Source of the DNA: Octopus vulgaris
Lineage: Eukaryota
Direction of reading: 5' to 3'
NCBI GenBank assembly: GCA_951406725.2
Contig: OX597819.1
Span: forward strand, 30,504,001 to 30,568,000
Length of the DNA stretch: 64,000 bases
Part shown: positions 13,368 to 26,028 of the stretch, piece after piece
Layout of the letters: every line of letters begins with the position of its first letter
Position numbering within the stretch: position 1 is the first letter of the stretch
Translations under genes and position numbers: made by a program
Notes under the pieces: model-generated
The model's database searches: none
What the model was told of the DNA's origin: nothing
The model's input: only the letters and a program-made list of their open reading frames with translations

Positions 13368-13605
13368 GTATGCATATATCTGTCTTTGAGTCTGTGTTCG
13401 TCCCCCACCACTGCTTGACAACCGGTGCTGGTGTGTTTACGTCCCCGTAACAGTGGTTTGGCAAAAAAATAAACCGATAGAATAAACACCAGGCTTTAAA
13501 AAAAAAATTAATAGTACTGGTGTCGATTCATTCGACTAAAACTTCAAGGCGGTGCCCCAGCATGGCCGCAGTCTAATGACTGAAACAAGTAAAAGACGAA
13601 AGACA
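12975..13605 (+). mobile_element. SINE family B with a Penelope-like terminus (13136-13270) in its central TA tract
   Basis: GGGTTCAGTCC head and standard 3' half; the insert is homologous to the reverse complement of 60420-60540. Confidence 0.8.
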
Positions 13606-14149
13606 TCTTCGACTTAACGAATGTTCAGCATTGCTGGGGGGGGGGACACTTGTAATTAATCCGTTAAATCGAATGATTACCCCATCCCACACCATACTCC
13701 CCCTCTCTCTTTCTCTCTTTCTCTCTCTATGTGGCTGCCAGTGCGAGCGTGTATGTATGTATATATGTATATATGTATATTTGTCTATTATTCCGTCAAG
13801 GTGTAATAAACATATAATTAGTTGCCTTTCAAATAAGTTCCATTGAACACTGAGCTCGATGCATCCCCAAAATATCAGGCCTTGTGCCCATAGTATAAAG
13901 GACTATTTATGTGTGTGTATATATACATACTACATACATACACACACATACACACATACATACACACATACATACATACATACATATATACATACATATA
14001 TACATACATACATACATACATACATACATACATACATACATACACACGCGTACATATATATACATACATGCACATATTGACACGCGCACATGTGTGAGAG
14101 AGAGTGTGTGTGTGTGGAGTCTGTGTATGCGTGTGTGTGTGTGTGTGTA

Positions 14150-14195
<46 letters not shown>

Positions 14196-14301
14196 CCTTA
14201 AAGGAGCACGGCGCACATCGGTACGCTCAAAATGATAAAGAACTAGACATGGCACTAAAAGAAAGGTGCACAATATTAATTAAGGAGAAAACCAGACCTA
14301 C

Positions 14302-14512
14302 CTGCATTGTGTCGACTGACGGCGCTGACTTCATAGCAGACTCGGTGAGTGCAGAAAAATTTTTCCCAAAGACCGGTATGCTGATGGCCGTAAACCACCC
14401 AGTGTGAGGTTGAAAAACCAATGATGAACAGAAGCAGACCTAGTGAAAGGAAAGCTAGGGCAATATTGATCCATTTCGAATTTGAGGAACTAATAACAAT
14501 TTTGGTTGGCAT
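14302..14512 (-). CDS. First coding exon of a claudin/PMP22/EMP/MP20-family tetraspan membrane protein
   Basis: AAAAATG start; MPTKIVISSSNSKWINIALAFLSLGLLLFIIGFSTSHWVVYGHQHTGLWEKFFCTHRVCYEV has a hydrophobic TM1 followed by the W...GLW...C....C signature; exon ends at a phase-1 donor GCAG|GTAGGT (70 codons + 1 nt). Later exons not securely identified. Confidence 0.88.
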
Positions 14513-15037
14513 TTTTAATTTTTCTCAAAAGTAATCAGAAAAAAGTGTTGGTCGTTTTCCTTTTTTTTTTTTACTTAATCTTATTGTCCTTTTCTTGTAG
14601 TTTCTGATGATAATGATGGTGATGAAGATGTTACTGGTGATAATGCGGGTTTATTATATAGTTGTATATTATTAATCTTCCACACTAGCTAAGAGAAGTC
14701 TGCTCAATGTAAGCTCGGAAGAAGTCAATGTGTAAGATAAAGAGAATATTAGTGGGCGATATAGAATAAAAAAGAAGAAAAAAAGAGGCAATGATAGAAG
14801 CGTTTACAGCTGAACCTAATTGTGTGAAAAGCCACGCCCACAAGATTTCTCCTCCAAAAGGGCGATGAGAGATAAATAAATATACAAATAAAATTAGAAA
14901 AACGACAAAGAGGAAAAGAATAAAAACTCAAAATACAACAAAAATAAAATGAATTGTATTTTTTCTTTTATATCATTTCAAAGTTAATTCTCATTTTCAA
15001 CGATTCTAGAGTATATTTCAACTGTAACCTGTATGTA

Positions 15038-15167
15038 CTAGATGGACCAAAATTCACGCGCCAAGATTAAAACTTCTGTGATACATTACTCTAAATTTCT
15101 AAAGCCACGCTATATATTTTCATCACAAACGTCAGATACTTTGGTGCGTGACTTTTGGCCCATGCTG
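15038..15167. mobile_element. Short Tc1-type MITE
   Basis: TA|CTAGATGGACCAAAATTCACGCG ... GCGTGACTTTTGGCCCATGCTG|TA. Confidence 0.65.
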
Positions 15168-15359
15168 TATCTAATTCTATTGGTGCGATTAGGACGAACC
15201 GCCAGTTAGAAGAGGTAGTTGGTGGGGGGATAGATGAAGTCACATATTTAATTTGATACGCTTCTGAGATTGTTATTTCAATTCCACAGGGTTTGGTTTT
15301 TATCGTTCGATCTTCTCTTCAAAGTATATATAAACACTTTATATATATATATATATGTA

Positions 15360-15603
15360 TTATCTTTTATTTGTTTCAGTCATAAGATTGTGCATGCTGA
15401 GGCATCGCCTTGTAGAATTTATAGTCGAATGTATCCATCCCAGTACTTTTTTTTAAAAAAACCTGGTTTTTATTCTATCGATCACTTTTGCCGAACTGCT
15501 AATGTTACTGGGACATAAACACAGCAACACCAGTAGTCAAGCGGAGGAGGGGTGGGAATAAACACATACATACATACATACATACATACATACATACATA
15601 CAT

Positions 15604-15696
<93 letters not shown>

Positions 15697-15820
15697 TATA
15701 TACAATGGGTTTCGTTTAGTTTCCGTATACCAAATCCACTCACAATTCTCAGCCCGAGGCTATAGTAGAAGACACTTGCCCAAGGTGCTACGCAGTGGGA
15801 TTGAACCCAGAACCATGTGG
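15360..15820 (-). mobile_element. SINE family B
   Basis: Reverse complement of the family B head (CACATGGTTCTGGGTTCAATCCCACTGCG) and tail. Confidence 0.8.
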
Positions 15821-15847
15821 ATATATAAATATAAATATATGTATGTG

Positions 15848-15925
<78 letters not shown>

Positions 15926-15944
15926 TGTATGTATGTATGTATAT

Positions 15945-16240
15945 ACCTCTTTACCCATTCTACACACCACATTCCTTGGATAATGGAACTGCAACTGTAA
16001 CATCCCACATAATTTTATTTTTATTTTAATTTTTACTTTTATACTTCCTACATCTCTATTTTTCCAAAATAATTTCTTATATTAAACTCTACTATTTTCT
16101 TCTATTTAACTCTCTCATATCGGTTCTGACGATCGGACATTCTTTATATCTCTGAAACAGCTGTAAGATTACTTTTCTCTTTATAAATGTCCTAGAAATT
16201 TCACACTGCCTTGGATTTGTTGTCTCATTTTTTTAAACAT
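15945..16240 (+). mobile_element. Penelope-like 3' terminus with a degenerate hammerhead motif
   Basis: TTCTGACGA...GAAACAGCTGTAAGA at about 16124-16168 (CUGANGA, GAAA, palindromic stem III, GUA); stem II is poorly paired. Confidence 0.55.
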
Positions 16241-16399
16241 ATACACGCTCACGCATGACCCGTGTTAAACTCCTCACTCATACCATAATCGCACCAAGAG
16301 CCAAAAACAGCGGTCCTTCCGTAGCACTTACATAACCTTTTGGGTCTTCTGTACCAAAACTTCTCATACACACGCACACACACTAATACACATACACAA

Positions 16400-16600
16400 T
16401 AATGGCTTAGTGGTTTGGTTGTTGGACTCATGATCGTAAAACCGTACGATACGTTATGGTCTTGAGCAAAACACATCATTTTTACCTTGTTTCAGTCCGC
16501 GCAGCTTGTAAAAATGAGTAATCCTGCGACGGACCAGCGACCTGTCCAGAGAGGAATATATACGCTAGAGAAACCGGGAAACCGGCCCTATGCTCATTAA
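16400..16600 (+). mobile_element. SINE family D (diverged)
   Basis: TGGCTTAGTGG head, CTTGAGCAAAACAC core and GAAACCGGGAAACCGGCCC tail. Confidence 0.7.
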
Positions 16601-17103
16601 AGAGTAATATGGACTAACTAAACAAGCCAACACTGGTTATCAAGCGGTGGTGGGGGACAAACACTCACGCGTGCGCGCACACACACATACACACACACAC
16701 ACCTTTTAAATTCGTTAGTAAGTATGCAAATAAAGCTCTTATTTTATGACGGCTACCGTCTAATGATACTGACTTGTAGGATACCGACTCTGATGTCAAA
16801 ATCATGTGATTTGTGGAAACGTGCGTAGCAACCTATTTATGTAATCTATTTTATCAATATTTTATCAACTGTTGTAGAATGAAACGCAAAGTCCACTTCG
16901 GCAGGTTTTGAGCTCTGAACGTTAAGGACAATAAGTTACTACCACAAGGCATTTTGTCAATCGCACTCTACAGGTTCTGCCAGTGCCCCATCCACAAACA
17001 CCATTAGTACATGATATAAAGGAGGCGATTTCTATATCTTCCTACTTCTTACTTTACGCTGGCTTTGTGCTTGGATAGCAAATTGATTTTGAGTATTGAC
17101 TTC

Positions 17104-17239
17104 ATACTTCGACGGTTCAATATTAATTTGAAAGAGGGTTTCGTAAACACTAGTTAAATACTAAACTCGTTTCAATCAGTTGCACTCACTCCCTTTCTTT
17201 TCTCGGTAGTAATAAATAAATAAATTAATTGTATACACA

Positions 17240-17329
<90 letters not shown>

Positions 17330-17346
17330 TACATACATGCATACAT

Positions 17347-17380
<34 letters not shown>

Positions 17381-17404
17381 ATACATACATATATATATAT
17401 ACAC

Positions 17405-17447
<43 letters not shown>

Positions 17448-17457
17448 GCATACATAC

Positions 17458-17489
<32 letters not shown>

Positions 17490-17497
17490 GTATGTAT

Positions 17498-17585
<88 letters not shown>

Positions 17586-17938
17586 GTATGTATGTATGCG
17601 ATTAGTGTGTATAGGGTTGACATTATCCAGGCGGCTACTGTGATAGCTCTCAAGTATGTTTCAGGTGACGGCTAACCTCATCAAGTAATAATCAGCATTA
17701 ATGATCGTGTAGCATGAGCAATCCCGTTCTAGGTCTACTGATGGGTAAATCCGGGTCGTTTCTAGCCGAAGCGTACATTATCAAATATTCATCACGACTG
17801 ATAGATATATAATATTGTACACTGCGGATAATATATCCGCTCTAATGACAGGTATACGAGTGTATTTTTTTCCTGACTTATGGACTTTTAGACGACTTAC
17901 GCTATATATATATATATATGTATGCATGTATGTATGTG

Positions 17939-17970
<32 letters not shown>

Positions 17971-18106
17971 AGTGTGTGTATACAATTAATTTATTTATTT
18001 ATTACTACCGAGAAAAGAAAGGGAGTGAGTGCAACTGATTGAAACGAGTTTAGTATTTAACTAGTGTTTACGAAACCCTCTTTCAAATTAATATTGAACC
18101 GTCGAA

Positions 18107-18110
<4 letters not shown>
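17104..18110. repeat. Perfect 139-bp inverted duplication (17104-17242 / 17972-18110)
   Basis: Arms read as exact reverse complements; similarity continues inward through the microsatellites. Confidence 0.95.
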
Positions 18111-18164
<54 letters not shown>

Positions 18165-18342
18165 CTAAGCAATTAAGGGTTTAGCAACGAATTGCCTCAC
18201 CACACACCGAATTTAGAAATAGCAGTCAAAGAGTTATAGCTATTCTTTCTACTAAAAGGGAGATCTCAGTAAAAACACAGCACTTGAAAGGCAAACACAG
18301 ACAGGTAAGAGAGAATGAAATGACGGCAATCTATCATATGTA

Positions 18343-18687
18343 TGGAGTGGCTGTTTGGTAAGTAGCTTGCTAACCAACCACATGGTTCCGGGTTCAGTCC
18401 CACTGCGTGGCATCTTGGGCAAGTGTCTTCTGCTATAGCCCCGGGCCGACCAATGCCTTGTGAGTGGATTTGGTAGACGGAAACTGAAAGAAGCCTGTCG
18501 TATATATGTATATATATATAAGTGTGTGTGAATATGTTTGTGTGTCTGTGTTTGTTCCCCTAGCATTGCTTGACAACCGATGCTGGTGTGTTTACGTCCC
18601 CGTCACTTAGCGGTTCGGCAAAAGAGACCGATAGAATAAGTACTGGGCAGTCAAATGACTGAAACAAGTAAAAGAGAGAGTAAAGAG

Positions 18688-18688
<1 letters not shown>
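18343..18688 (+). mobile_element. SINE family B
   Basis: GGAGTGGCTGTTTGGTAAGTAGC head; internal deletion near the 3' end. Confidence 0.9.
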
Positions 18689-18741
<53 letters not shown>

Positions 18742-18746
<5 letters not shown>

Positions 18747-19140
18747 TATTATAAAAGGCAGATTTTATCTGCCTCCCTTTGGGAGTTATACAAATCTACA
18801 ATATAGGATTTCTTCAATTACAATTTACCTAGCAGTTTTGAGAGTACAATGCATCGCGTCATGCCAGGTCCACTTTTTAAAATTTAAACTCCAATTAAGC
18901 AAAATTTACAGAAAACTCACATTCTGGTGTGTGTGTCAAATGCTTTTCTTAGTCTGGTTTACACCACACGCAAACGCACACACACAGTGGGCGACGAATA
19001 AAATGAAAGTAAATAGCGGACAGAGTGATTTGAGGAAGACTAAAGTGAAAGTATTCTGTCTATGACGATGATAGATACATGAGTAAAATGTATGGGAAGC
19101 TAAGAGCTAAGAGTGAGTGAAAATGTTCTTGGAAGAGAGT
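18742..19140 (+). mobile_element. Helitron 5' fragment
   Basis: A|TCTCTTATTATAAAAGGCAG start, shared with 27289 (+) and 31874 (-). Confidence 0.75.
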
Positions 19141-19197
19141 AATTAGTAATAAAGTAAACATACACTCATACATACATACGTACATACATACATACAT

Positions 19198-19252
<55 letters not shown>

Positions 19253-19321
19253 TACACACACACATACATACATACACACATACATACATACATACATATA
19301 CATACATATACATACATACAT

Positions 19322-19356
<35 letters not shown>

Positions 19357-19544
19357 GTATTGAAGCTTGAGAACAATCAGATACATTTGCAACACATCTG
19401 TTGAAAATATTATTGTTCACACACATACATATACATATATACATACAGACAGACAGACAGATAGACACACACACACACACACATGATCCAGCATGGCCAC
19501 AACCTCAAGGCTGAAACATATAAAAGAATAACAGAATATAAATG

Positions 19545-19900
19545 TGTGCAAAGTACAAGAAATATTAATGCAGTATATGGGGATTGGACAATAAGCGTAA
19601 GGCAGTGTCAATGGTGGTTCCAGAAATCCCGAGCCATAAACTACAGCCTAGAAGACGAGCCTCATCCTGAAAGATCTGTAGAACTCGACAAGGACATCCT
19701 GAAAACCCTGGTGGAACAAAATATCATCGTAACTGTTGAGGAACTAGCAGAGAAGCTTGGATTTGGTCATTCAACCATTCATTGACACCTGTGTGCTATC
19801 GGAAAAGTCAGCAAATTGGGTCAATGGGTTCCTCACGAACTTTCCGAGTCTAATTGCATGCAGAGAGTGAATGTATGCTTTTCTTTGCTGTCATATCTCA
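19545..19900 (+). mobile_element. Mariner transposase fragment (same family as 6409-7691)
   Basis: GDWTISVRQCQWWFQK...VEELAEKLGFGHSTIH and WVPHEL; aligns to about 6645-6995. Confidence 0.9.
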
Positions 19901-19920
19901 CCACTACTGCGCTATGTATA

Positions 19921-20558
19921 TCTATATATATAAAACTGTAGTTGTGTGAGTGTCTGTCCCCTTCGATTTAGATTCCTAACTACTCCCACATTTTGCGGTA
20001 CAGTTTAACCAAATTCGGGTAGCTTATAGTCGTGATTCATATCGAGCCCGTCTGAATATTAGCGCGCGTCGACGATGAGTCTACGATTTTAAAAATAATT
20101 TAACATCATTTTTTATTCCATTTTAATGCATAATTTTTCGTGTGTCGATGGCGGCGGAGTTGGCGTCCACGCTCACACCTGCACCTGTGGGGAAGGGAGT
20201 GTAAGGAAATCAACGTCGTAATGCGTTGTCAAGGAGACCAGTGTTCTTTTAGAACAACGACTTCATGGCTTGAAGACACCAAAACAGAAATGGCTAAGAA
20301 AGCGTCTACATGAGTCTACGATTTAAAAAAAAATTTACCATCGTTTTTTTTTCCATTTTAATGCATTTTTTCGCTATTATATAAGGGAAGTAACTCTCTA
20401 AAAATGTCTACGATGAGTCAACGATTTAAAAAAAAATTTACCATCATATTTTTTCCATTTTTAATGCATTTTTTGCTATTTTTTGGCTATAACTCTCTAA
20501 AAATGCTTATATAGTTATTTCCCTTACAAACCCGAGCAACGCCGGGCGATACTGCTAG
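19921..20558 (+). mobile_element. Non-autonomous Helitron
   Basis: A|TC start, 3' hairpin CCCGAGCAACGCCGGG then CTAG|T; no TSD. Confidence 0.9.
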
Positions 20559-20581
20559 TATATATATATATATATATATAT

Positions 20582-21034
20582 ACTCTTTTACTCTGTTACT
20601 CTTTTATTTGTTTCAGTCATTTGACTGTGGCCATGCTGGAGCGCTGCCTTTAGTCGAGCAAATCGACCCCAGGACTTATTCTTTGTAAGCCTAGTACTTA
20701 TTCTATCGGTCTCTTTTGCCGAAGCGCTAAGTTACGGGGACGTAAACACACCAGCATCGGTTGTGAAGCGATGCTGGAGGGACAAACACAGATACACAAA
20801 CATATACGCACACACACACACACAAACACACACACAAACACCCCCCCCCACACATATATATATATATATATATATACGATGGGCTTCTTTCAGTTTCTGT
20901 CTACCAAATCCACTCACAAGGATTTGGTCTTCCCGAGGCTATAGTAGAAGACACTTGCCCAAGGTGTCACGCAGTTGGACTGAATCCGGAACCATGTGGC
21001 TGGTAAGCAAGCTACTTGCCACACAGCCACTTCT
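20582..21034 (-). mobile_element. SINE family B (full length)
   Basis: Complete head-to-tail match to 25602-26028. Confidence 0.9.
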
Positions 21035-21038
21035 GATT

Positions 21039-21136
<98 letters not shown>

Positions 21137-21204
21137 AAGAGAGAGAGGGTGCAGAGAGAGAGAGAGAGACAGAGATAGAGAGACATAGAGAGATACACAG
21201 ATAT

Positions 21205-21276
<72 letters not shown>

Positions 21277-21708
21277 TGACAACCACATGTAGAGTTTGTT
21301 TAGATTTTACTGTCCGTCCTCTACGATCGATAAAATAGGTAGCAGTCAAAACTGGGTTGATTAAATCAATTTATGTACCGTCTTGCACACCCATTTCCAG
21401 GTCTGAAGCGTTATATCAACGTAAGAAAACGTCTGTGGGTGTGGCAAGTGTTAGCAAGTGTGACTGAAGAATTAAGCTTGTAGAGGCAGGCAGAGCTCAC
21501 GGTACGGTTTCTATACGTTAATAATCCCCATTTAGAAGTTTATGGATATCATATAATATCCTTATGCTTGCAAATCCCGCCTCTCTCTCTCCCTCTCTCT
21601 CTTTCTCTCTATCTCTTTCTCTCTCTCTCTCCCCTTTCTCTCTCCCTCCCTTTCTCCCCTCTCTCGCTCTCTCCTATTCCCTCTCTTTTTTCTTTCTTTC
21701 TCCCTCCT

Positions 21709-21769
<61 letters not shown>

Positions 21770-21838
21770 GTGTAAACTCACAAACACACGTATGTATATA
21801 AATTTATATATATATGTATAAATATACATCTGTGTGTC

Positions 21839-21928
<90 letters not shown>

Positions 21929-21975
21929 TATATATATACTTATGTATGTATGTATACACACTTACATATATACGT

Positions 21976-22135
21976 GAGAGTGTGGTTAGAAGTTTGTTTC
22001 TGAGTCCCATTATATTGGGCGCAGTCCCAATGCGTGACACCTTGTTCAAGTATCTCATACTATAGCTTCGGGCCGACCAAAGCCAAGCCTTGTGAGTCAA
22101 TTTGGCAGACGGAAACTGAAATAATCAGATCATGT
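21976..22135 (+). mobile_element. SINE family B 5' half (diverged)
   Basis: CAGTCCCAATGCGTGACACCTTG..GGGCCGACCAAAGCC..GACGGAAACTGAAA. Confidence 0.65.
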
Positions 22136-22166
22136 TTATATATATACATACATACATATATACATA

Positions 22167-22226
<60 letters not shown>

Positions 22227-22232
<6 letters not shown>

Positions 22233-23488
22233 GCGGTGAATATATTGTCATTTAAATTACGCAAAGATGAAAATATTTTCAACATATATTTACCAAAATT
22301 ATATGAAAATATTTTTAAATACTAAAGAGTAAATTTAATAATAAAATCGCCATTGGCTTCAAGCACGGCCTTCAGACGACTTCGGAATCTCCTGCAACTC
22401 ATCTCGACGGTCTCCTTATTTAAGTTGGTGAATGCTGCCATAATCCTTGCCTTCACTTCATTTTTGGTATTACAAGGAATTTTGTTGGTCTCTCGGTCAA
22501 CTCCGCCCCACACATAATAATCAAAGGGGTTGCAGTTTTGGGAGTTAGTTGGCCAGATGTTAGAGTTGATGTGGTGGCAGAAATTATTTGACAGTCATGA
22601 CTGGGTTCTCCTGTTTGTGTGGCATGGTGCAGAGTCCTGTTGCCAGACATAAGATCTTCCAGTAGCCACCCTCTTTTCCCAGGACGGCACCACCTCCTCC
22701 TTGCACTTAATGTAAGCCTTCGTGTGGAGTCTGAGGCCGCGTGGGAAGATGAATGGAGGCAAAACGTCACCATCACTAATGATCACTCTAAACTATAGGA
22801 GCACTCCGTCAGTTACGACGATGAGGGTCCCAGCTGATACGATCAACGGAACAGCTTGCTCGTGGAATTAACGTGCAAGTGGCTGAGCATTCCACAGACA
22901 CGTGTACCCTTAACGTAGTTCTCGAGGAGATTCAGCGTGACACAGAGTGTGACAAGGCTGGCCCTTTGAAATACAGGTACAACAGAAACAGGAAGAAAGA
23001 GTGAGAGAAAGTTGTGGTGAAAGAGTACAGCAGGCTTCACCCCCCCCCTGCAGGAGCCTTGTGAAGCTTTAGGTGTTTTCGCTCAATAAACACTCACAAT
23101 GCCCGGTCTGGGAATCGAAACCGCGATCCTACGACCACGAGTCCGCTGCCCTAACCACTGGGCCGTTGCGCCTCCATGCTCTAAACACCATGATGTTGAC
23201 TGGATGTTTGATTTTTACCACTCTCAGTACACGTTTTGGGGACACGGCAATCCAATAGCTGTTCGGTGTGTTCACCATAGGTACGAAATGAAGCTTCCGG
23301 CACGAATGCCAAGCAGTACAGATGTCGTTTCCAAATTTCTGGCAGAGTGAATTGTGTCAGTGTACTGTTTTTCTCTTAGACGCTGCCCAACTGACCCTAC
23401 TATACTGTGTAGTCAACAAATTCAGAAAAAAAAATCACATGCGTGAAATTAAAATATGAAATGGTGACAATTTATCCATCAAACCCTG
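22227..23488 (-). mobile_element. Internally deleted maT (DD37D) Tc1/mariner element
   Basis: TIRs TAGGGTGCGGTGAATATATTGTCA / TGACAATTTATCCATCAAACCCTG|TA; transposase pieces WQQDSAPCH and WGGVDRETNK..RRFRSRL. Confidence 0.85.
22797..23176 (-). mobile_element. tRNA-derived SINE (family E) nested in the maT element
   Basis: GGAGGCGCAACGGCCCAGTGGTTAGGGCAGCGG head, GGTTTCGATTCCC B-box; TSD CTCTAAAC; near-identical to 47854-48238. Confidence 0.9.
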
Positions 23489-23519
23489 TATGTGTATGTG
23501 TGTGTATTGATGGATAGAT

Positions 23520-23598
<79 letters not shown>

Positions 23599-24008
23599 CA
23601 TGTATGCATATCATTTGGTTGAATTATATACTATCACATTTAAAATATTTTGGTAATTGTATCGCGATAGTAGCAACTTTTGGTTTGCTTGTAGCAGCAT
23701 AAACATCCCTGATAAACAACTCTTAACCAAGGCAGCTACATTCCTGAGTTTGTTATCGTTGCTGTTGTTGGTGGTGGTGCTGCTGCTGTTGTTTGTTGCA
23801 AAACTCTTTGGTGTCACCTCATTCATTTTTATGTTTTAATTTCTCTTTATTTTTACCCTTCGTTAGAGTTCGTGAAGCATCGTCTTTTCTGAAGAAAGAA
23901 GGACGTTGACCGTTTCGTTTTTTTTTTTTTTCCTTCTTTTCAGAACGAGGAAATACCATACCCCACATTCTTCCCCTTTTTCCTACCTTCCATTTCTCTC
24001 ACTCTCTT

Positions 24009-24053
<45 letters not shown>

Positions 24054-24106
24054 CTCTCCCTCTTTCTCCTTCTTCCTCTTCCTCTTACTCTGTTCATATG
24101 TGTCTG

Positions 24107-24146
<40 letters not shown>

Positions 24147-24401
24147 TTCTATCTCTTTTGCAAACCTATGTAGTTCTCAATTCGCTTGTTCTCTCACCAG
24201 TCATATATATTTCTCACCATCTCTCCACCCTCTCTTTCTCTCTCACTCCTCTGCCCCGCCCCCAGTTTCTTTTTTTGTTGTTTCCTTTCTCATTTCTTTA
24301 CCCCTCTCAGTATCATCTCTCTCTTTTTGTTACTCCTCCCTAAATATCTCACCCTCCCACTCCCCCATCGTATTTTAACCACCGTCTTCTATATTATTTT
24401 T

Positions 24402-24818
24402 GGATCTTTTCGGTTTGAACGGCAGTTTTTTTCTAGCGGTGTCATATGAAATTGTCACCCATAATTATGACCCTAGTATCGATCTATTGCATTTCAATCT
24501 GTTTTAGGGTTAGGGTTAGGGATGGGGGGGGGGTATCTTATTTTTCTTCACAAATGTAAATAAACCCAATCTGTTTCTTAAACGAGGGACATATTCATAC
24601 GGCACAGAATGTTTTTTACGTCAACTGACGTCAGTGATTGTTTGAAATTGCAGAAATTGAAGAAAAAAAACAACAAATATCTTACAAACTATAGAATTTT
24701 CTCAATAAAGCCAAGAGAAAAAGATGCTTTATAAACACATTCTACCAGTATACGAAGTTTAAAGTGTTTAGTTACCTAGAAATTATGTTAAAAACTGCCG
24801 TTCAAACCGAAAAGATCC
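24402..24818. mobile_element. MITE with GG-terminal TIRs and 8-bp TSD (Merlin- or MULE-like)
   Basis: Perfect TIR GGATCTTTTCGGTTTGAACGGCAGTTTTT / AAAAACTGCCGTTCAAACCGAAAAGATCC; TSD TTATTTTT; internal (TTAGGG)3. Confidence 0.9.
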
Positions 24819-25601
24819 TTATTTTTTACGTTATTATCGTCATCCTTTAGTCTATATTTCACCATGTATGACAATGAGTTTTTATGTTTCTAACTTCCAT
24901 ATTTTCCTTTATACTTTAAAGAGAAAGAGGGCAAAGATGTTAGTATCACATGGGTGCCGAACAACCAGTTAAGATATCGATAGTTCGAATCCTATCAGCT
25001 GCAATGTTCGAATCCTATCAACTATGATCAAAACATTTAACTCTCAAAAAGCCCGCGTCACAGCACGGCATGGCAGGAACGTCAAATAAACTCTGCAAGC
25101 AGCAGCAAGAGCATCACAACGACAGCAGTCACAGCAACAATAACAAAAGCAGGAACAGCCACATCAGCAATAGTTACTGCAACAACAACAACAGCAAGAG
25201 CCACAGCAGCTGTTCAAGAAGTTGGACCTGGAGATCTTCATTTCCAGCGACTTAGAGGGCCACCTCCCAGTGGTGTCGGGCGTCAACGAAAAGCCCTCGA
25301 CTACAACAAGACGACCAAAGTTTTTTTTTTCCAAGGTCTGGGGACTCCCGCCCCTAAGCCCTAGACCATCACCTAATCACCATTACCCGTCTTGTTGCTT
25401 AACAACAACAACAACAACAGCAACAGCAGCAGCACTATAAAACTGATGACTGCTTAGATTGCATCTCCGTTGCATTCTATTCGTATCGCGGGGTTTGACC
25501 AGAAGAACTGAAACTGGCTTCAGTTATAAATCAATCGCGCGGGGTAGGCGCCCACTGATGGATACCTCCTACTGATAAATATCATGTGGTTTGTTGATCG
25601 T

Positions 25602-26028
25602 CTCTTTACTCTATATTAATACTCTTTTACTTGTTTCAGTCATTTGACTGTGGCCTTGCTGGAGCACCGCCTTTAGTCGAGCAAATCGATCCCAGGACTT
25701 ATTCTTTGTAAGCCTAGTACTTATTCTATCGGTCACTTTTGCCGAACGGCTAAGTTACGGGGACGTAAACACACCAGCATCGGTTGTCAAGTGATGTTGG
25801 GGGGAGGGGGGCAAACACAGACATACTAACATATATACACACACACATATATACACATATATACGACGGGCTTCTTTCAGTTTCCGTCTACCAAATCCAC
25901 TCACAGGGCTTTGGTCGGCCCGAGACTATAGTAGAAGACACTTGCCCAAGGTGCCACGCAGTGGGACTGAACCCAGAACCATGTGGCTGGTAAGCAAGCT
26001 ACTTATCACACAGCCACTCCTACGCCTA
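25602..26028 (-). mobile_element. SINE family B (full length)
   Basis: GGCGTAGGAGTGGCTGTGTG head on the minus strand, complete tail. Confidence 0.9.

Noticed and set aside
11583-22255. Dozens of YI/CV/HT/SL-repeat ORFs (also elsewhere in the window)
   Set aside because: Translations of (TA)n, (CA)n, (CATA)n and (GA)n microsatellites.
22797-23176. tRNA genes at SINE heads
   Set aside because: A/B boxes run directly into SINE bodies with TSDs; no complete acceptor stem or terminator.
25040-25440. T/A/N-rich open frames
   Set aside because: Degenerate (CAA/CAG)n low-complexity sequence with no splice or domain support.
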